Source: Heterodontus francisci | Taxonomy: Eukaryota | Reading direction: 5' to 3' | NCBI RefSeq assembly: GCF_036365525.1 | Contig: NC_090399.1 | Span: 59,180,430-59,244,429 of the forward strand | DNA: 64,000 nucleotides | Translations under genes and position numbers: made by a program | Shown: piece by piece, positions 37,001-52,000 of the stretch | How positions within the stretch are numbered: the first letter of the stretch is position 1 | How the letters are laid out: every line of letters starts with the position of its first letter | The notes under the pieces: generated by a model | Seen by the model: only the letters and a program-made list of their open reading frames with translations | Database searches by the model: none | Told to the model about the DNA's origin: nothing

Positions 37001-40000
37001 AACCCAAAACATCAACCCCACAGAGAGAGAGAGAGAGAGACATCAGGGCATGAACCCCAAAACACCAACCCCACAGAGAGAGAGAGAGACATCAGGGCAT
37101 GAACCCCAAAACACCAACCCCAGAGAGAGAGAGAGAGACATCAGGGCATGAACCCCAAAACAACAACCCCACAGAGAGAGAGAGAGAGATCAGGGCATGA
37201 ACCCCAAAACATCAACCCCACAGAGAGAGAAAGACATCAGGGCATGAACCCCAAAACATTAACCCCACAGAGAGAGAAAGACATCAGGGCATGATCCCAA
37301 ATCACCAAACCCACAGAGAGAGAGAGACATCAGGGCATGAACCCCGAAACACCAACCCCACAAAGAGAGAGAGAGAAAGACATCAGGGCATGAACCCCAA
37401 AATACCAACCCCACAGAGAAAGAGAGACATCAGGGCATGAACCCCAAAACATCAACCCCACAGAGAGAGAGACATCAGGGCGTGAACCCCAAATCACCAA
37501 CCCCACAGAGAAAGAGAGACATCAGGGCATGAACCCCAAAACATCAACCCCACAGAGAGAGAGACATCAGGGCATGAACCCCAAAACACCAACCCCACAG
37601 AGAGAAAGAGACATCAGGGCATGAACCCCAAAATACCGACCCCACAGAGAAAGAGAGACATCAGGGCATGAACCCCAAAACATCAACCCCACAGAGAGAG
37701 AGACATCAGGGCATGAACCCCAAAACACCAACCCCACAGAGAGACAGAGAGACATCAGGGCATGAACCCCAAAACACCAACCCCAGAGAGAGAGAGAGAG
37801 ACATCAGGGCATGAACCCCAAAACATCAACCCCACAGAGAGAGAGAGAGACATCAGGGCATGAACCCCAAAACACCAACCCCGCAGAGAGAGAGAGAGAG
37901 AGACATCAGGGCATGAACCCCAAAACACCAACCCCAGAGAGAGAGAGAGAGACATCAGGGCATGAACCCCAAAACAACAACCCCACAGAGAGAGAGAGAG
38001 ACATCAGGGCATGAACCCTAAAACACCAACCCCAGAGAGAGAAAGAGAGACATCAGGGCATGAACCCCAAAACAACAACCCCACAGAGAGAGAGAGAGAC
38101 ATCAGGGCATGAACCCTAAAACACCAACCCCAGAGAGAGAGATAGACATCAGGGCATGAACCCCAAAACATCAACCCCACAGAGAGAGAGAGAGAGAGAT
38201 CAGGGCATGAACCCTAAAACACCAACCCCAGAGAGAGAGATAGACATCAGGGCATGAACCCCAAAACATCAACCCCACAGAGAGAGAGAGAGAGACATCA
38301 GGGCATGAACCCTAAAACACCAACCCCAGAGAGAGAGATAGACATCAGGGCATGAACCCCAAAACATCAACCCCACAGAGAGAGAGAGAGACATCAGGGC
38401 ATGAACCCTAAAACACCAACCCCAGAGAGAGAGAGAGACATCAGGGCATGAACCCCAAAACAACAACCCCACAGAGAGAGAGAGAGATCAGGGCATGAAC
38501 CCCAAAACATCAACCCCACAGAGAGAGAAAGACATCAGGGCATGAACCCCAAAACACCAACCCCACAGAGAGAGAGATAGACATCAGGGCATGAACCCCA
38601 AAACATCAACCCCACAGAGAGAGAGAGACATCAGGGCATGAACCCCAAAACACCAACCCCACAGAGAGAGAGATAGACATCAGGGCATGAACCCCAAAAC
38701 ATCAACCCCACAGAGAGAGAGAGAGACATCAGGGCAGGAACCCCAAAACAACAACCCCACAGAGAGAGAGAGAGAGAGATCAGGGCATGAACCCCAAAAC
38801 ACCAACCCCACAGAGAGAGAGAGAGACATCAGGGCATGAACCCCAAAACATCAACCCCACAGAGAAAGAGAGAGACATCAGGGCATGAACCCCAAATCAC
38901 CAACCCCACAGAGAGAGAGAGAGATCAGGGCATGAACCCCAAAACACCAACCCCACAGAGAGAGACATCAGGGCATGAACCCCAAAACATCAACCCCACA
39001 GAGAGAGAGAGAGAGACATCAGGGCATGATCCCCAAAACACCAACCCCACAGAGAGAGAGAGAGACATCAGGGCATGAACCCCAAAACATCAACCCCACA
39101 GAGAGAGAGAGAGACACATCAGGGCATGAACCCCAAAACATCAACCCCACAGAGAGAGAGAGACATCAGGGCATGAACCCCAAAACATCAACCCCAGAGA
39201 GAGAGAGAGAGAGAGACATCAGGGCATGAACCCCAAAACATCAACCCCACAGAGAGAGAGAGAGACATCAGGGCACGAACCCCAAAACATCAACCCCACA
39301 GAGAGAGAGAGAGAGACATCAGGGCATGAACCCCAAAACATCAACCCCACAGAGAGAGAGAGAGACATCAGGGCATGAACCCTAAAACACCAACCCCAGA
39401 GAGAGAGATAGACATCAGGGCATGAACCCCAAAACATCAACCCCACAGAGAGAGAGAGAGAGACATCAGGGCATGAACCCCAAAACATCAACCCCACAGA
39501 GAGAGAGAGAGACATCAGGGCATGAACCCCAAAACATCAGCCCCACAGAGAGAGAGAGAGAGACATCAGGGCATGAACCCTAAAACACCAACCCCAGAGA
39601 GAGAGAGAGAGACATCAGGGCATGAACCCCAAAACAACAACCCCACAGAGAGAGAGAGATCAGGGCATGAACCCCAAAACATCAACCCCACAGAGAGAGA
39701 GAGAGAGACATCAGGGCATGAACCCCAAAACAACAACCCCACAGAGAGAGAGAGAGAGATCAGGGCATGAACCCCAAAACATCAACCCCACAGAGAGAGA
39801 GACATCAGGGCATGAACCCCAAAACACCAACCCCACAGAGAGAGAGAGAGACATCAGGGCATGAACCCCAAAACATAAACCCCGCAGAGAGAGAGAGAGA
39901 CATCAGGGCATGAACCCCAAAACACCAACCCCAGAGAGAGAGAGACATCAGGGCATGAACCCCAAAACATCAACCCCACAGAGTGAGAGAGAGACATCAG

Positions 40001-43000
40001 GGCATGAACCCCAAAACACCAACCCCGCAGAGAGAGAGAGAGAGAGACATCAGGGCATGAACCCCAAAACACCAACCCCAGAGAGAGAGAGAGAGACATC
40101 AGGGCATGAACCCCAAAACAACAACCCCACAGAGAAAGAGAGACATCAGGGCATGAACCCTAAAACACCAACCCCAGAGAGAGAGATAGACATCAGGGCA
40201 TGAACCCCAAAACATCAACCCCACAGAGAGAGAGAGAGAGAGATCAGGGCATGAACCCTAAAACACCAACCCCAGAGAGAGAGATAGACATCAGGGCATG
40301 AACCCCAAAACATCAACCCCACAGAGAGAGAGAGAGAGAGATCAGGGCATGAACCCTAAAACACCGACCCCAGAGAGAGAGATAGACATCAGGGCATGAA
40401 CCCCAAAACATCAACCCCACAGAGAGAGAGAGAGACATCAGGGCATGAACCCTAAAACACCAACCCCAGAGAGAGAGATAGACATCAGGGCATGAACCCC
40501 AAAACATCAACCCCACAGAGAGAGAGAGAGAGACATCAGGGCATGAACCCCAAAACATCAACCCCACAGAGAGAGAGAGAGACATCAGGGCATGAACCCT
40601 AAAACACCAACCCCAGAGAGAGAGAGAGACATCAGGGCATGAACCCCGAAACACCAACCCCACAAAGAGAGAGAGAGAAAGACATCAGGGCGTGAACCCC
40701 AAATCACCAACCCCACAGAGAAAGAGAGACATCAGGGCATGAACCCCAAAACATCAACCCCACAGAGAGAGAGACATCAGGGCATGAACCCCAAAACACC
40801 AACCCCACAGAGAGAAAGAGACATCAGGGCATGAACCCCAAAATACCAACCCCACAGAGAAAGAGAGACATCAGGGCATGAACCCCAAAACATCAACCCC
40901 ACAGAGAGAGAGACATCAGGGCATGAACCCCAAAACACCAACCCCACAGAGAGAGAGAGAGACATCAGGGCATGAACCCCAAAACACCAACCCCAGAGAG
41001 AGAGAGAGAGACATCAGGGCATGAACCCCAAAACATCAACCCCACAGAGAGAGAGAGAGACATCAGGGCATGAACCCCAAAACACCAACCCCGCAGAGAG
41101 AGAGAGAGAGACATCAGGGCATGAACCCCAAAACACCAACCCCAGAGAGAGAGAGAGAGACATCAGGGCATGAACCCCAAAACAACAACCCCACAGAGAG
41201 AGAGAGAGACATCAGGGCATGAACCCTAAAACACCAACCCCAGAGAGAGAAAGAGAGACATCAGGGCATGAACCCCAAAACAACAACCCCACAGAGAGAG
41301 AGAGAGACATCAGGGCATGAACCCTAAAACACCAACCCCAGAGAGAGAGATAGACATCAGGGCATGAACCCCAAAACATCAACCCCACAGAGAGAGAGAG
41401 AGAGAGATCAGGGCATGAACCCTAAAACACCAACCCCAGAGAGAGAGATAGACATCAGGGCATGAACCCCAAAACATCAACCCCACAGAGAGAGAGAGAG
41501 AGAGACATCAGGGCATGAACCCTAAAACACCAACCCCAGAGAGAGAGATAGACATCAGGGCATGAACCCCAAAACATCAACCCCACAGAGAGAGAGAGAG
41601 ACATCAGGGCATGAACCCTAAAACACCAACCCCAGAGAGAGAGAGAGACATCAGGGCATGAACCCCAAAACAACAACCCCACAGAGAGAGAGAGAGATCA
41701 GGGCATGAACCCCAAAACATCAACCCCACAGAGAGAGAAAGACATCAGGGCATGAACCCCAAAACACCAACCCCACAGAGAGAGAGATAGACATCAGGGC
41801 ATGAACCCCAAAACATCAACCCCACAGAGAGAGAGAGACATCAGGGCATGAACCCCAAAACACCAACCCCACAGAGAGAGAGATAGACATCAGGGCATGA
41901 ACCCCAAAACATCAACCCCACAGAGAGAGAGAGAGACATCAGGGCAGGAACCCCAAAACAACAACCCCACAGAGAGAGAGAGAGAGAGATCAGGGCATGA
42001 ACCCCAAAACACCAACCCCACAGAGAGAGAGAGAGACATCAGGGCATGAACCCCAAAACATCAACCCCACAGAGAAAGAGAGAGACATCAGGGCATGAAC
42101 CCCAAATCACCAACCCCACAGAGAGAGAGAGAGATCAGGGCATGAACCCCAAAACACCAACCCCACAGAGAGAGACATCAGGGCATGAACCCCAAAACAT
42201 CAACCCCACAGAGAGAGAGAGAGAGACATCAGGGCATGATCCCCAAAACACCAACCCCACAGAGAGAGAGAGAGACATCAGGGCATGAACCCCAAAACAT
42301 CAACCCCACAGAGAGAGAGAGAGACACATCAGGGCATGAACCCCAAAACATCAACCCCACAGAGAGAGAGAGACATCAGGGCATGAACCCCAAAACATCA
42401 ACCCCAGAGAGAGAGAGAGAGACATCAGGGCATGAACCCCAAAACATCAACCCCACAGAGAGAGAGAGAGACATCAGGGCACGAACCCCAAAACATCAAC
42501 CCCACAGAGAGAGAGAGAGAGACATCAGGGCATGAACCCCAAAACATCAACCCCACAGAGAGAGAGAGAGACATCAGGGCATGAACCCTAAAACACCAAC
42601 CCCAGAGAGAGAGATAGACATCAGGGCATGAACCCCAAAACATCAACCCCACAGAGAGAGAGAGAGAGACATCAGGGCATGAACCCCAAAACATCAACCC
42701 CACAGAGAGAGAGAGAGACATCAGGGCATGAACCCCAAAACATCAACCCCACAGAGAGAGAGAGAGAGACATCAGGGCATGAACCCTAAAACACCAACCC
42801 CAGAGAGAGAGAGAGAGACATCAGGGCATGAACCCCAAAACAACAACCCCACAGAGAGAGAGAGATCAGGGCATGAACCCCAAAACATCAACCCCACAGA
42901 GAGAGAGAGAGAGACATCAGGGCATGAACCCCAAAACAACAACCCCACAGAGAGAGAGAGAGAGATCAGGGCATGAACCCCAAAACATCAACCCCACAGA

Positions 43001-46000
43001 GAGAGAGACATCAGGGCATGAACCCCAAAACACCAACCCCACAGAGAGAGAGAGAGACATCAGGGCATGAACCCCAAAACATAAACCCCGCAGAGAGAGA
43101 GAGAGACATCAGGGCATGAACCCCAAAACACCAACCCCAGAGAGAGAGAGACATCAGGGCATGAACCCCAAAACATCAACCCCACAGAGTGAGAGAGAGA
43201 CATCAGGGCATGAACCCCAAAACACCAACCCCGCAGAGAGAGAGAGACATCAGGGCATGAACCCCAAAACACCAACCCCAGAGAGAGAGAGAGAGACATC
43301 AGGGCATGAACCCCAAAACAACAACCCCACAGAGAGAGAGAGACATCAGGGCATGAACCCTAAAACACCAACCCCAGAGAGAGAGATAGACATCAGGGCA
43401 TGAACCCCAAAACATCAACCCCACAGAGAGAGAGAGAGAGAGATCAGGGCATGAACCCTAAAACACCAACCCCAGAGAGAGAGATAGACATCAGGGCATG
43501 AACCCCAAAACATCAACCCCACAGAGAGAGAGAGAGAGAGATCAGGGCATGAACCCTAAAACACCGACCCCAGAGAGAGAGATAGACATCAGGGCATGAA
43601 CCCCAAAACATCAACCCCACAGAGAGAGAGAGAGACATCAGGGCATGAACCCTAAAACACCAACCCCAGAGAGAGAGATAGACATCAGGGCATGAACCCC
43701 AAAACATCAACCCCACAGAGAGAGAGAGAGAGACATCAGGGCATGAACCCCAAAACATCAACCCCACAGAGAGAGAGAGAGACATCAGGGCATGAACCCT
43801 AAAACACCAACCCCAGAGAGAGAGAGAGACATCAGGGCATGAACCCCGAAACACCAACCCCACAAAGAGAGAGAGAGAAAGACATCAGGGCATGAACCCC
43901 AAAATACCAACCCCACAGAGAAAGAGAGACATCAGGGCATGAACCCCAAAACATCAACCCCACAGAGAGAGAGACATCAGGGCGTGAACCCCAAATCACC
44001 AACCCCACAGAGAAAGAGAGACATCAGGGCATGAACCCCAAAACATCAACCCCACAGAGAGAGAGACATCAGGGCATGAACCCCAAAACACCAACCCCAC
44101 AGAGAGAGAAAGAGACATCAGGGCATGAACCCCAAAATACCAACCCCACAGAGAAAGAGAGACATCAGGGCATGAACCCCAAAACATCAACCCCACAGAG
44201 AGAGAGACATCAGGGCATGAACCCCAAAACACCAACCCCACAGAGAGAGAGAGAGACATCAGGGCATGAACCCCAAAACACCAACCCCAGAGAGAGAGAG
44301 AGAGACATCAGGGCATGAACCCCAAAACATCAACCCCACAGAGAGAGAGAGAGACATCAGGGCATGAACCCCAAAACACCAACCCCGCAGAGAGAGAGAG
44401 AGAGACATCAGGGCATGAACCCCAAAACACCAACCCCAGAGAGAGAGAGAGAGACATCAGGGCATGAACCCCAAAACAACAACCCCACAGAGAGAGAGAG
44501 AGACATCAGGGCATGAACCCTAAAACACCAACCCCAGAGAGAGAAAGAGAGACATCAGGGCATGAACCCCAAAACAACAACCCCACAGAGAGAGAGAGAG
44601 ACATCAGGGCATGAACCCTAAAACACCAACCCCAGAGAGAGAGATAGACATCAGGGCATGAACCCCAAAACATCAACCCCACAGAGAGAGAGAGAGAGAG
44701 ATCAGGGCATGAACCCTAAAACACCAACCCCAGAGAGAGAGATAGACATCAGGGCATGAACCCCAAAACATCAGCCCCACAGAGAGAGAGAGAGAGACAT
44801 CAGGGCATGAACCCCAAAACATCAACCCCACAGAGAGAGAGAGAGACATCAGGGCATGAACCCTAAAACACCAACCCCAGAGAGAGAGATAGACATCAGG
44901 GCATGAACCCCAAAACATCAACCCCACAGAGAGAGAGAGAGACATCAGGGCATGAACCCTAAAACACCAACCCCAGAGAGAGAGAGAGACATCAGGGCAT
45001 GAACCCCAAAACAACAACCCCACAGAGAGAGAGAGAGATCAGGGCATGAACCCCAAAACATCAACCCCACAGAGAGAGAAAGACATCAGGGCATGAACCC
45101 CAAAACACCAACCCCACAGAGAGAGAGATAGACATCAGGGCATGAACCCCAAAACATCAACCCCACAGAGAGAGAGAGACATCAGGGCATGAACCCCAAA
45201 ACACCAACCCCACAGAGAGAGAGATAGACATCAGGGCATGAACCCCAAAACATCAACCCCACAGAGAGAGAGAGAGACATCAGGGCAGGAACCCCAAAAC
45301 AACAACCCCACAGAGAGAGAGAGAGAGAGATCAGGGCATGAACCCCAAAACACCAACCCCACAGAGAGAGAGAGAGACATCAGGGCATGAACCCCAAAAC
45401 ATCAACCCCACAGAGAGAGAGAGAGACATCAGGGCATGAACCCCAAATCACCAACCCCACAGAGAGAGAGAGAGATCAGGGCATGAACCCCAAAACACCA
45501 ACCCCACAGAGAGAGACATCAGGGCATGAACCCCAAAACATCAACCCCACAGAGAGAGAGAGAGAGACATCAGGGCATGATCCCCAAAACACCAACCCCA
45601 CAGAGAGACAGAGAGACATCAGGGCATGAACCCCAAAACATCAACCCCACAGAGAGAGAGAGAGACACATCAGGGCATGAACCCCAAAACATCAACCCCA
45701 CAGAGAGAGAGAGACATCAGGGCATGAACCCCAAAACATCAACCCCAGAGAGAGAGAGAGAGAGAGACATCAGGGCATGAACCCCAAAACATCAACCCCA
45801 CAGAGAGAGAGAGAGACATCAGGGCACGAACCCCAAAACATCAACCCCACAGAGAGAGAGAGAGAGACATCAGGGCATGAACCCCAAAACATCAACCCCA
45901 CAGAGAGAGAGAGAGACATCAGGGCATGAACCCTAAAACACCAACCCCAGAGAGAGAGATAGACATCAGGGCATGAACCCCAAAACATCAACCCCACAGA

Positions 46001-49000
46001 GAGAGAGAGAGAGACATCAGGGCATGAACCCCAAAACATCAACCCCACAGAGAGAGAGAGAGACATCAGGGCATGAACCCCAAAACATCAACCCCACAGA
46101 GAGAGAGAGAGAGACATCAGGGCATGAACCCTAAAACACCAACCCCAGAGAGAGAGAGAGAGACATCAGGGCATGAACCCCAAAACAACAACCCCACAGA
46201 GAGAGAGAGATCAGGGCATGAACCCCAAAACATCAACCCCACAGAGAGAGAGAGAGAGACATCAGGGCATGAACCCCAAAACAACAACCCCACAGAGAGA
46301 GAGAGAGAGATCAGGGCATGAACCCCAAAACATCAACCCCACAGAGAGAGAGACATCAGGGCATGAACCCCAAAACACCAACCCCACAGAGAGAGAGAGA
46401 GACATCAGGGCATGAACCCCAAAACATAAACCCCGCAGAGAGAGAGAGAGACATCAGGGCATGAACCCCAAAACGCCAACCCCAGAGAGAGAGAGACATC
46501 AGGGCATGAACCCCAAAACATCAACCCCACAGAGTGAGAGAGAGACATCAGGGCATGAACCCCAAAACACCAACCCCGCAGAGAGAGAGAGAGAGAGACA
46601 TCAGGGCATGAACCCCAAAACACCAACCCCAGAGAGAGAGAGAGAGACATCAGGGCATGAACCCCAAAACAACAACCCCACAGAGAGAGAGAGACATCAG
46701 GGCATGAACCCTAAAACACCAACCCCAGAGAGAGAGATAGACATCAGGGCATGAACCCCAAAACATCAACCCCACAGAGAGAGAGAGAGAGAGATCAGGG
46801 CATGAACCCTAAAACACCAACCCCAGAGAGAGAGATAGACATCAGGGCATGAACCCCAAAACATCAACCCCACAGAGAGAGAGAGAGAGAGAGAGATCAG
46901 GGCATGAACCCTAAAACACCGACCCCAGAGAGAGAGATAGACATCAGGGCATGAACCCCAAAACATCAACCCCACAGAGAGAGAGAGAGACATCAGGGCA
47001 TGAACCCTAAAACACCAACCCCAGAGAGAGAGATAGACATCAGGGCATGAACCCCAAAACATCAACCCCACAGAGAGAGAGAGAGAGACATCAGGGCATG
47101 AACCCCAAAACATCAACCCCACAGAGAGAGAGAGAGACATCAGGGCATGAACCCTAAAACACCAACCCCAGAGAGAGAGAGAGACATCAGGGCATGAACC
47201 CCAAAACAACAACCCCACAGAGAGAGAGAGATAGAGATCAGGGCATGAACCCCAAAACATCAACCCCACAGAGAGAGAAAGACATCAGGGCATGAACCCC
47301 AAAACACCAACCCCACAGAGAGAGATAGACATCAGGGCATGAACCCCAAAACATCAACCCCACAGAGAGAGAGAGAGACATCAGGGCATGAACCCCAAAA
47401 CAACAACCCCACAGAGAGAGAGAGAGAGAGAGATCAGGGCATGAACCCCAAAACATCAACCCCACAGAGAGAGAGAGAGACATCAGGGCATGAACCCCAA
47501 ATCACCAACCCCACAGAGAGAGAGAGAGATCAGGGCATGAACCCCAAAACACCAACCCCACAGAGAGAGAGAGAGAGAGATCAGGGCATGAACCCCAAAA
47601 CACCAACCCCACAGAGAGAGACATCAGGGCATGAACCCCAAAACATCAACCCCACAGAGAGAGAGAGAGAGACATCAGGGCATGAACCCCATAACACCAA
47701 CCCCACAGAGAGAGAGAGAGACATCAGGGCATGAACCCCAAAACATCAACCCCACAGAGAGAGAGAGAGACACATCAGGGCATGAACCCCAAAACATCAA
47801 CCCCACAGAGAGAGAGAGACATCAGGGCATGAACCCCAAAACATCAACCCCAGAGAGAGAGAGAGAGAGAGACATCAGGGCATGAACCCCAAAACATCAA
47901 CCCCACAGAGAGAGAGAGAGACATCAGGGCACGAACCCCAAAACATCAACCCCACAGAGAGAGAGAGAGAGACATCAGGACATGAACCCCAAAACATCAA
48001 CCCCAGAGAGAGAGAGACATCAGGGCATGAACCCCAAAACATCAACCCCACAGAGAGAGAGAGAGACATCAGGGCATGAACCTCAAAACACCAACCCCAG
48101 AGAGAGAGAGAGAGAGAGAGAGAGACATCAGGGCATGAACCCCAAAACATCAAGGCCACAGAGAGCGACAGAGGGACATCAGGAGATGAACCCCAAATCC
48201 TCAACTGCGCGCACACACAGACACCCCATCTCCCACAGATATCAGAGCATAAAGCCTAAAACAGCAATGCCATACATATATAGAGAGTGACATCAGGGCA
48301 AGAAGCCCAAACACAAAACCCACAGTGACAGTATATGAACCCAAAGATGCATCCAAGCAACACAAAATAGAGCCCATATGAATAAACACCAACACAACAC
48401 AGAGCCCCTGTAAATAAACCCCAACACAACACCGAGCCCCTGGAAATAAACACCAACACAACACAGAGCCCCTGTAAATAAACCCCAACACAACACAGAG
48501 CCCCTGGAAATAAACACCGACACAACACAACATAGAGGCCCTGTAAATAAACCCCAACACAACACAGAGCCCCTGGAAATAAACACCCACACAACACAAC
48601 ATAGAGCCCCTGTAAATAAACACCAACACAACACAGAGCCCCTGGAAATAAACACCAACACAACACAGAGCCCCTATAAATAAACACCAACACAACACAG
48701 AGCCCCTGTAAATAAACACCAACACAACACAGAGCCCCTGTAAATAAACCCCAATAAAACACAGAGCCCCTATAAATAAACCCCAACATAACACAGAGCC
48801 CCTGGAAATTAACATCAATACAACACAGAGCCCCTGTAAATAAACACCAACACAACACAGAGCCCCTGTAAATAAATCCCAATAAAACACAGAGCCCCTA
48901 TAAATAAACACCAACACAAAACAGAGCCCCTGGAAATAAACCCCAACACAACACAGAGCCCCTATAAATAAACCCCAGCACTACACAGAGCCCCTGTAAT

Positions 49001-52000
49001 TATACCCCAACACAACACAGAGCCCCTATAAATAAACCCCAACATAACACATAGCCCCTGGAAATTAACACCAATGCAACACAGAGCCCCTGTAAATAAA
49101 CACCAACACAACACAGAGCCCCTGGAAATAAACCCCAATAAAACACAGAGCCCCTATAAATAAACACCAACACAAAACAGAGCCCCTGGAAATAAACCCC
49201 AACACAACACAGAGCCCTTATAAATAAACCCCAGCACAACACAGAGCCCCTATAAATAAACCCCAACATAACACAGAGCCCCTGGAAATTAACACCAATA
49301 CAACACAGAGCCCCTGTAAATAAACCCCAACACAACACAGAGCCCCTGTAAATAAACACAACACAACACAGAGCCCCTGTAAATAAACACCAACACAAAA
49401 CAGAGCCCCTGTAAATAAACCCCAGCACAACACAGAGCCCCTATAAATAAACACCAACACAACACAGAGCCCCTGTAAATAAACCCCAGCACAACACAGA
49501 GCCCCTGTAAATAAACCCCAATAAAACACAGAGCCCCTGGAAATTAACACCAATACAACACAGAGCCCCTGTAAATTATCACAACACAACACAGAGCCCC
49601 TGTAAATAAACACAACACAACACAGAGCCCCTGTAAATAAACACCAACACAACACAGAGCCCCTGTAAATAAACCCCAGCACAACACAGAGCCCCTGTAA
49701 ATAAACCCCAATAAAACACAGAGCCCCTATAAATAAACCCCAACACAACACAGAGCCCCTATAAATAAACCCCAGCACAACACAGAGCCCCTGGAAATAA
49801 ACACAACACAACACAGAGCCCCTGTAAATAAACACCAACACAAAACAGAGCCACTGGAAATAAACACCAACACAAAACAGAGCCCCTGGAAATAAACCCC
49901 AACACAACACAGAGCCCCTATAAATAAACACAACACAACACAGAGCCCCTGTAAATAAACACAACACAACACAGAGCCCCTGTAAATAAACACAACACAA
50001 CACACAGCCCCTGTAAATAAACACAACACAACACGGAGCCCCTGTAAATAAACACCAACACAACACAGAGCCCCTGGAAATAAACCCCAGCACAACACAG
50101 AGCCCCTGTAAATAAACCCCAACACAACACAGAGCCTCTGTAAATAAACACCAACACAACACAGAGCCCCTGTAAATAAACCCCAGCACAACACAGAGCC
50201 CCTGTAAATAAACCCCAACACAACACAGAGCCTCTGTAAATAAATCCCAACACAACACAGAGCCCCTGTAAATAAACACCAACATAACAAAGAGCCCCAG
50301 GAAATAAACACCAACACAACACAGAGCCCCTGGAAATAAACCCCAACACAACACAGAGCCCCTATAAATAAACCCCAGCACAACACAGAGCCCCTATAAA
50401 TAAACCCCAACATAACACAGAGCCCCTGGAAATAAACACCAACACAACACAGAGCCCCTGGAAATGAACACCAACACAACACAGAGCCCCTATAAATAAA
50501 CACCAACACAACACAGAGCCCCTGGAAATGAACACCAACACAACACAGAGCCCCTATAAATAAACCCCAACACAACACAGAGCCCCTGTAAATAAACACC
50601 AACACAACACATGGTCCCTGTAACTAAACCTCAACACAACAGAGCATCCTGTAAATAAAACCCAATATAACTCAGAGCCTCTGTAAATAAACCAGTACAC
50701 ATCACAGAGGGCCTGTAAATAAACCCCAACACAACACAACACAACACAATACAGAGCCCCTGTTATCCATAGGGGTGGATTTATGCTCCAGCTGAACAGA
50801 GCTTTGGCTAGAGCACATCTGGAGAGCTGTGTTTAGTTCTGAACACTGCACCTCTGGAATGATCTATTTGTGCTTGGAGTGGGTACAGGGCAGATTGTTT
50901 GGGTTCAGGACAAATTGCTTAGATTTGGCTCATATTCTCTCGAGTTTAGAAGATTAAAGGGTGAATTATTGAAGTGATTAAAATGTTACAAGAATTTGAT
51001 AGAATAGATACAGCAAAACTACTTCCTGATTGGGGGAATGACGAATATGGGGATATAGTCTTCACATTGGAGCTATGCCGTTCAGGGGTGATGTCAAGAA
51101 AGACTTCTTCACACAAAGGCCAGTGGAAATTTGGAAATCGCTCGATCAAAAGGCTCTGGATGCTGGGGATCAATTGGAGTTTTCAAAATGAGAGATATTT
51201 GTTCACTAAGGGTATCAAGGGATAATGGAGCAAAGCTGGGAAACAACAAGAACTTGTATTTATATAGTGCCTGTGACATTACACAATATCCCAAAGTGCT
51301 TCACAGGGGCATTACAAAACAAAATATGACAGAGGGCCACATCAGGAGATATTAGAACAGCGGATCAAAAGCTTGGTTAAAGAGGTAGGTTTTCAGGTGT
51401 GTCTTAAAGGAGGAAAGTGAGTGAGAGAGGTGGAGAGGTGTAGGGAGGGAATTCCAGAGCCTGAGGCCTTGTCAATCAAAGGTAAGGGCACCAATGGTGG
51501 AACGTTTAAAATCAGGGATGTTCCAGAGGCCAGAATTAGAGCAGTACAGATATCTCAGAGGGTTGTGGAACCGGAGGGTGTTACAGAGGTTGGAAGGGAC
51601 GAGGCCATGGAGGGATTTGAAAATATGGATGAGAATTTTCAAATTGATATTTGTTTAACTGGGTGCGAGTGTAGGTCAGTGAGCACAGGGGTGATGGGTG
51701 AATGGGATTTGGTGCAAGTTAGGAAATGGGCAGCAAGGTTTTGGATGACCGCAAGGTTACAGAGGGTAGAATGTGAGAGGCAAGTCAGGAGTGTGTTAGA
51801 ATAGTGATGTCTGAAAGTAACAAAGACATGGATGAGGTTTCAGCAGCAGAAGAGCTGAGAGAGGGTGATATTACAGAGGTGGAAATGGTAAATGAAGTTG
51901 AGGTACAAATCAATTATGATCAAATACAAATGCTGTTGCTATCGTTCTCTCTCTCTATCTCCATTCTGCAATCCCATGTCCCTCACTCCCCCTAAAGTCT

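Noticed and set aside
33812-48200. CRISPR-like look (37-bp constant core with variable spacers)
   Set aside because: The spacers are only (GA)n of differing length; no unique spacers, no cas genes, vertebrate context.
33881-50742. Dozens of ORFs (MNPKT.../MSLSLS.../GSVLC...)
   Set aside because: Frame-cycling translations of intronic minisatellites.
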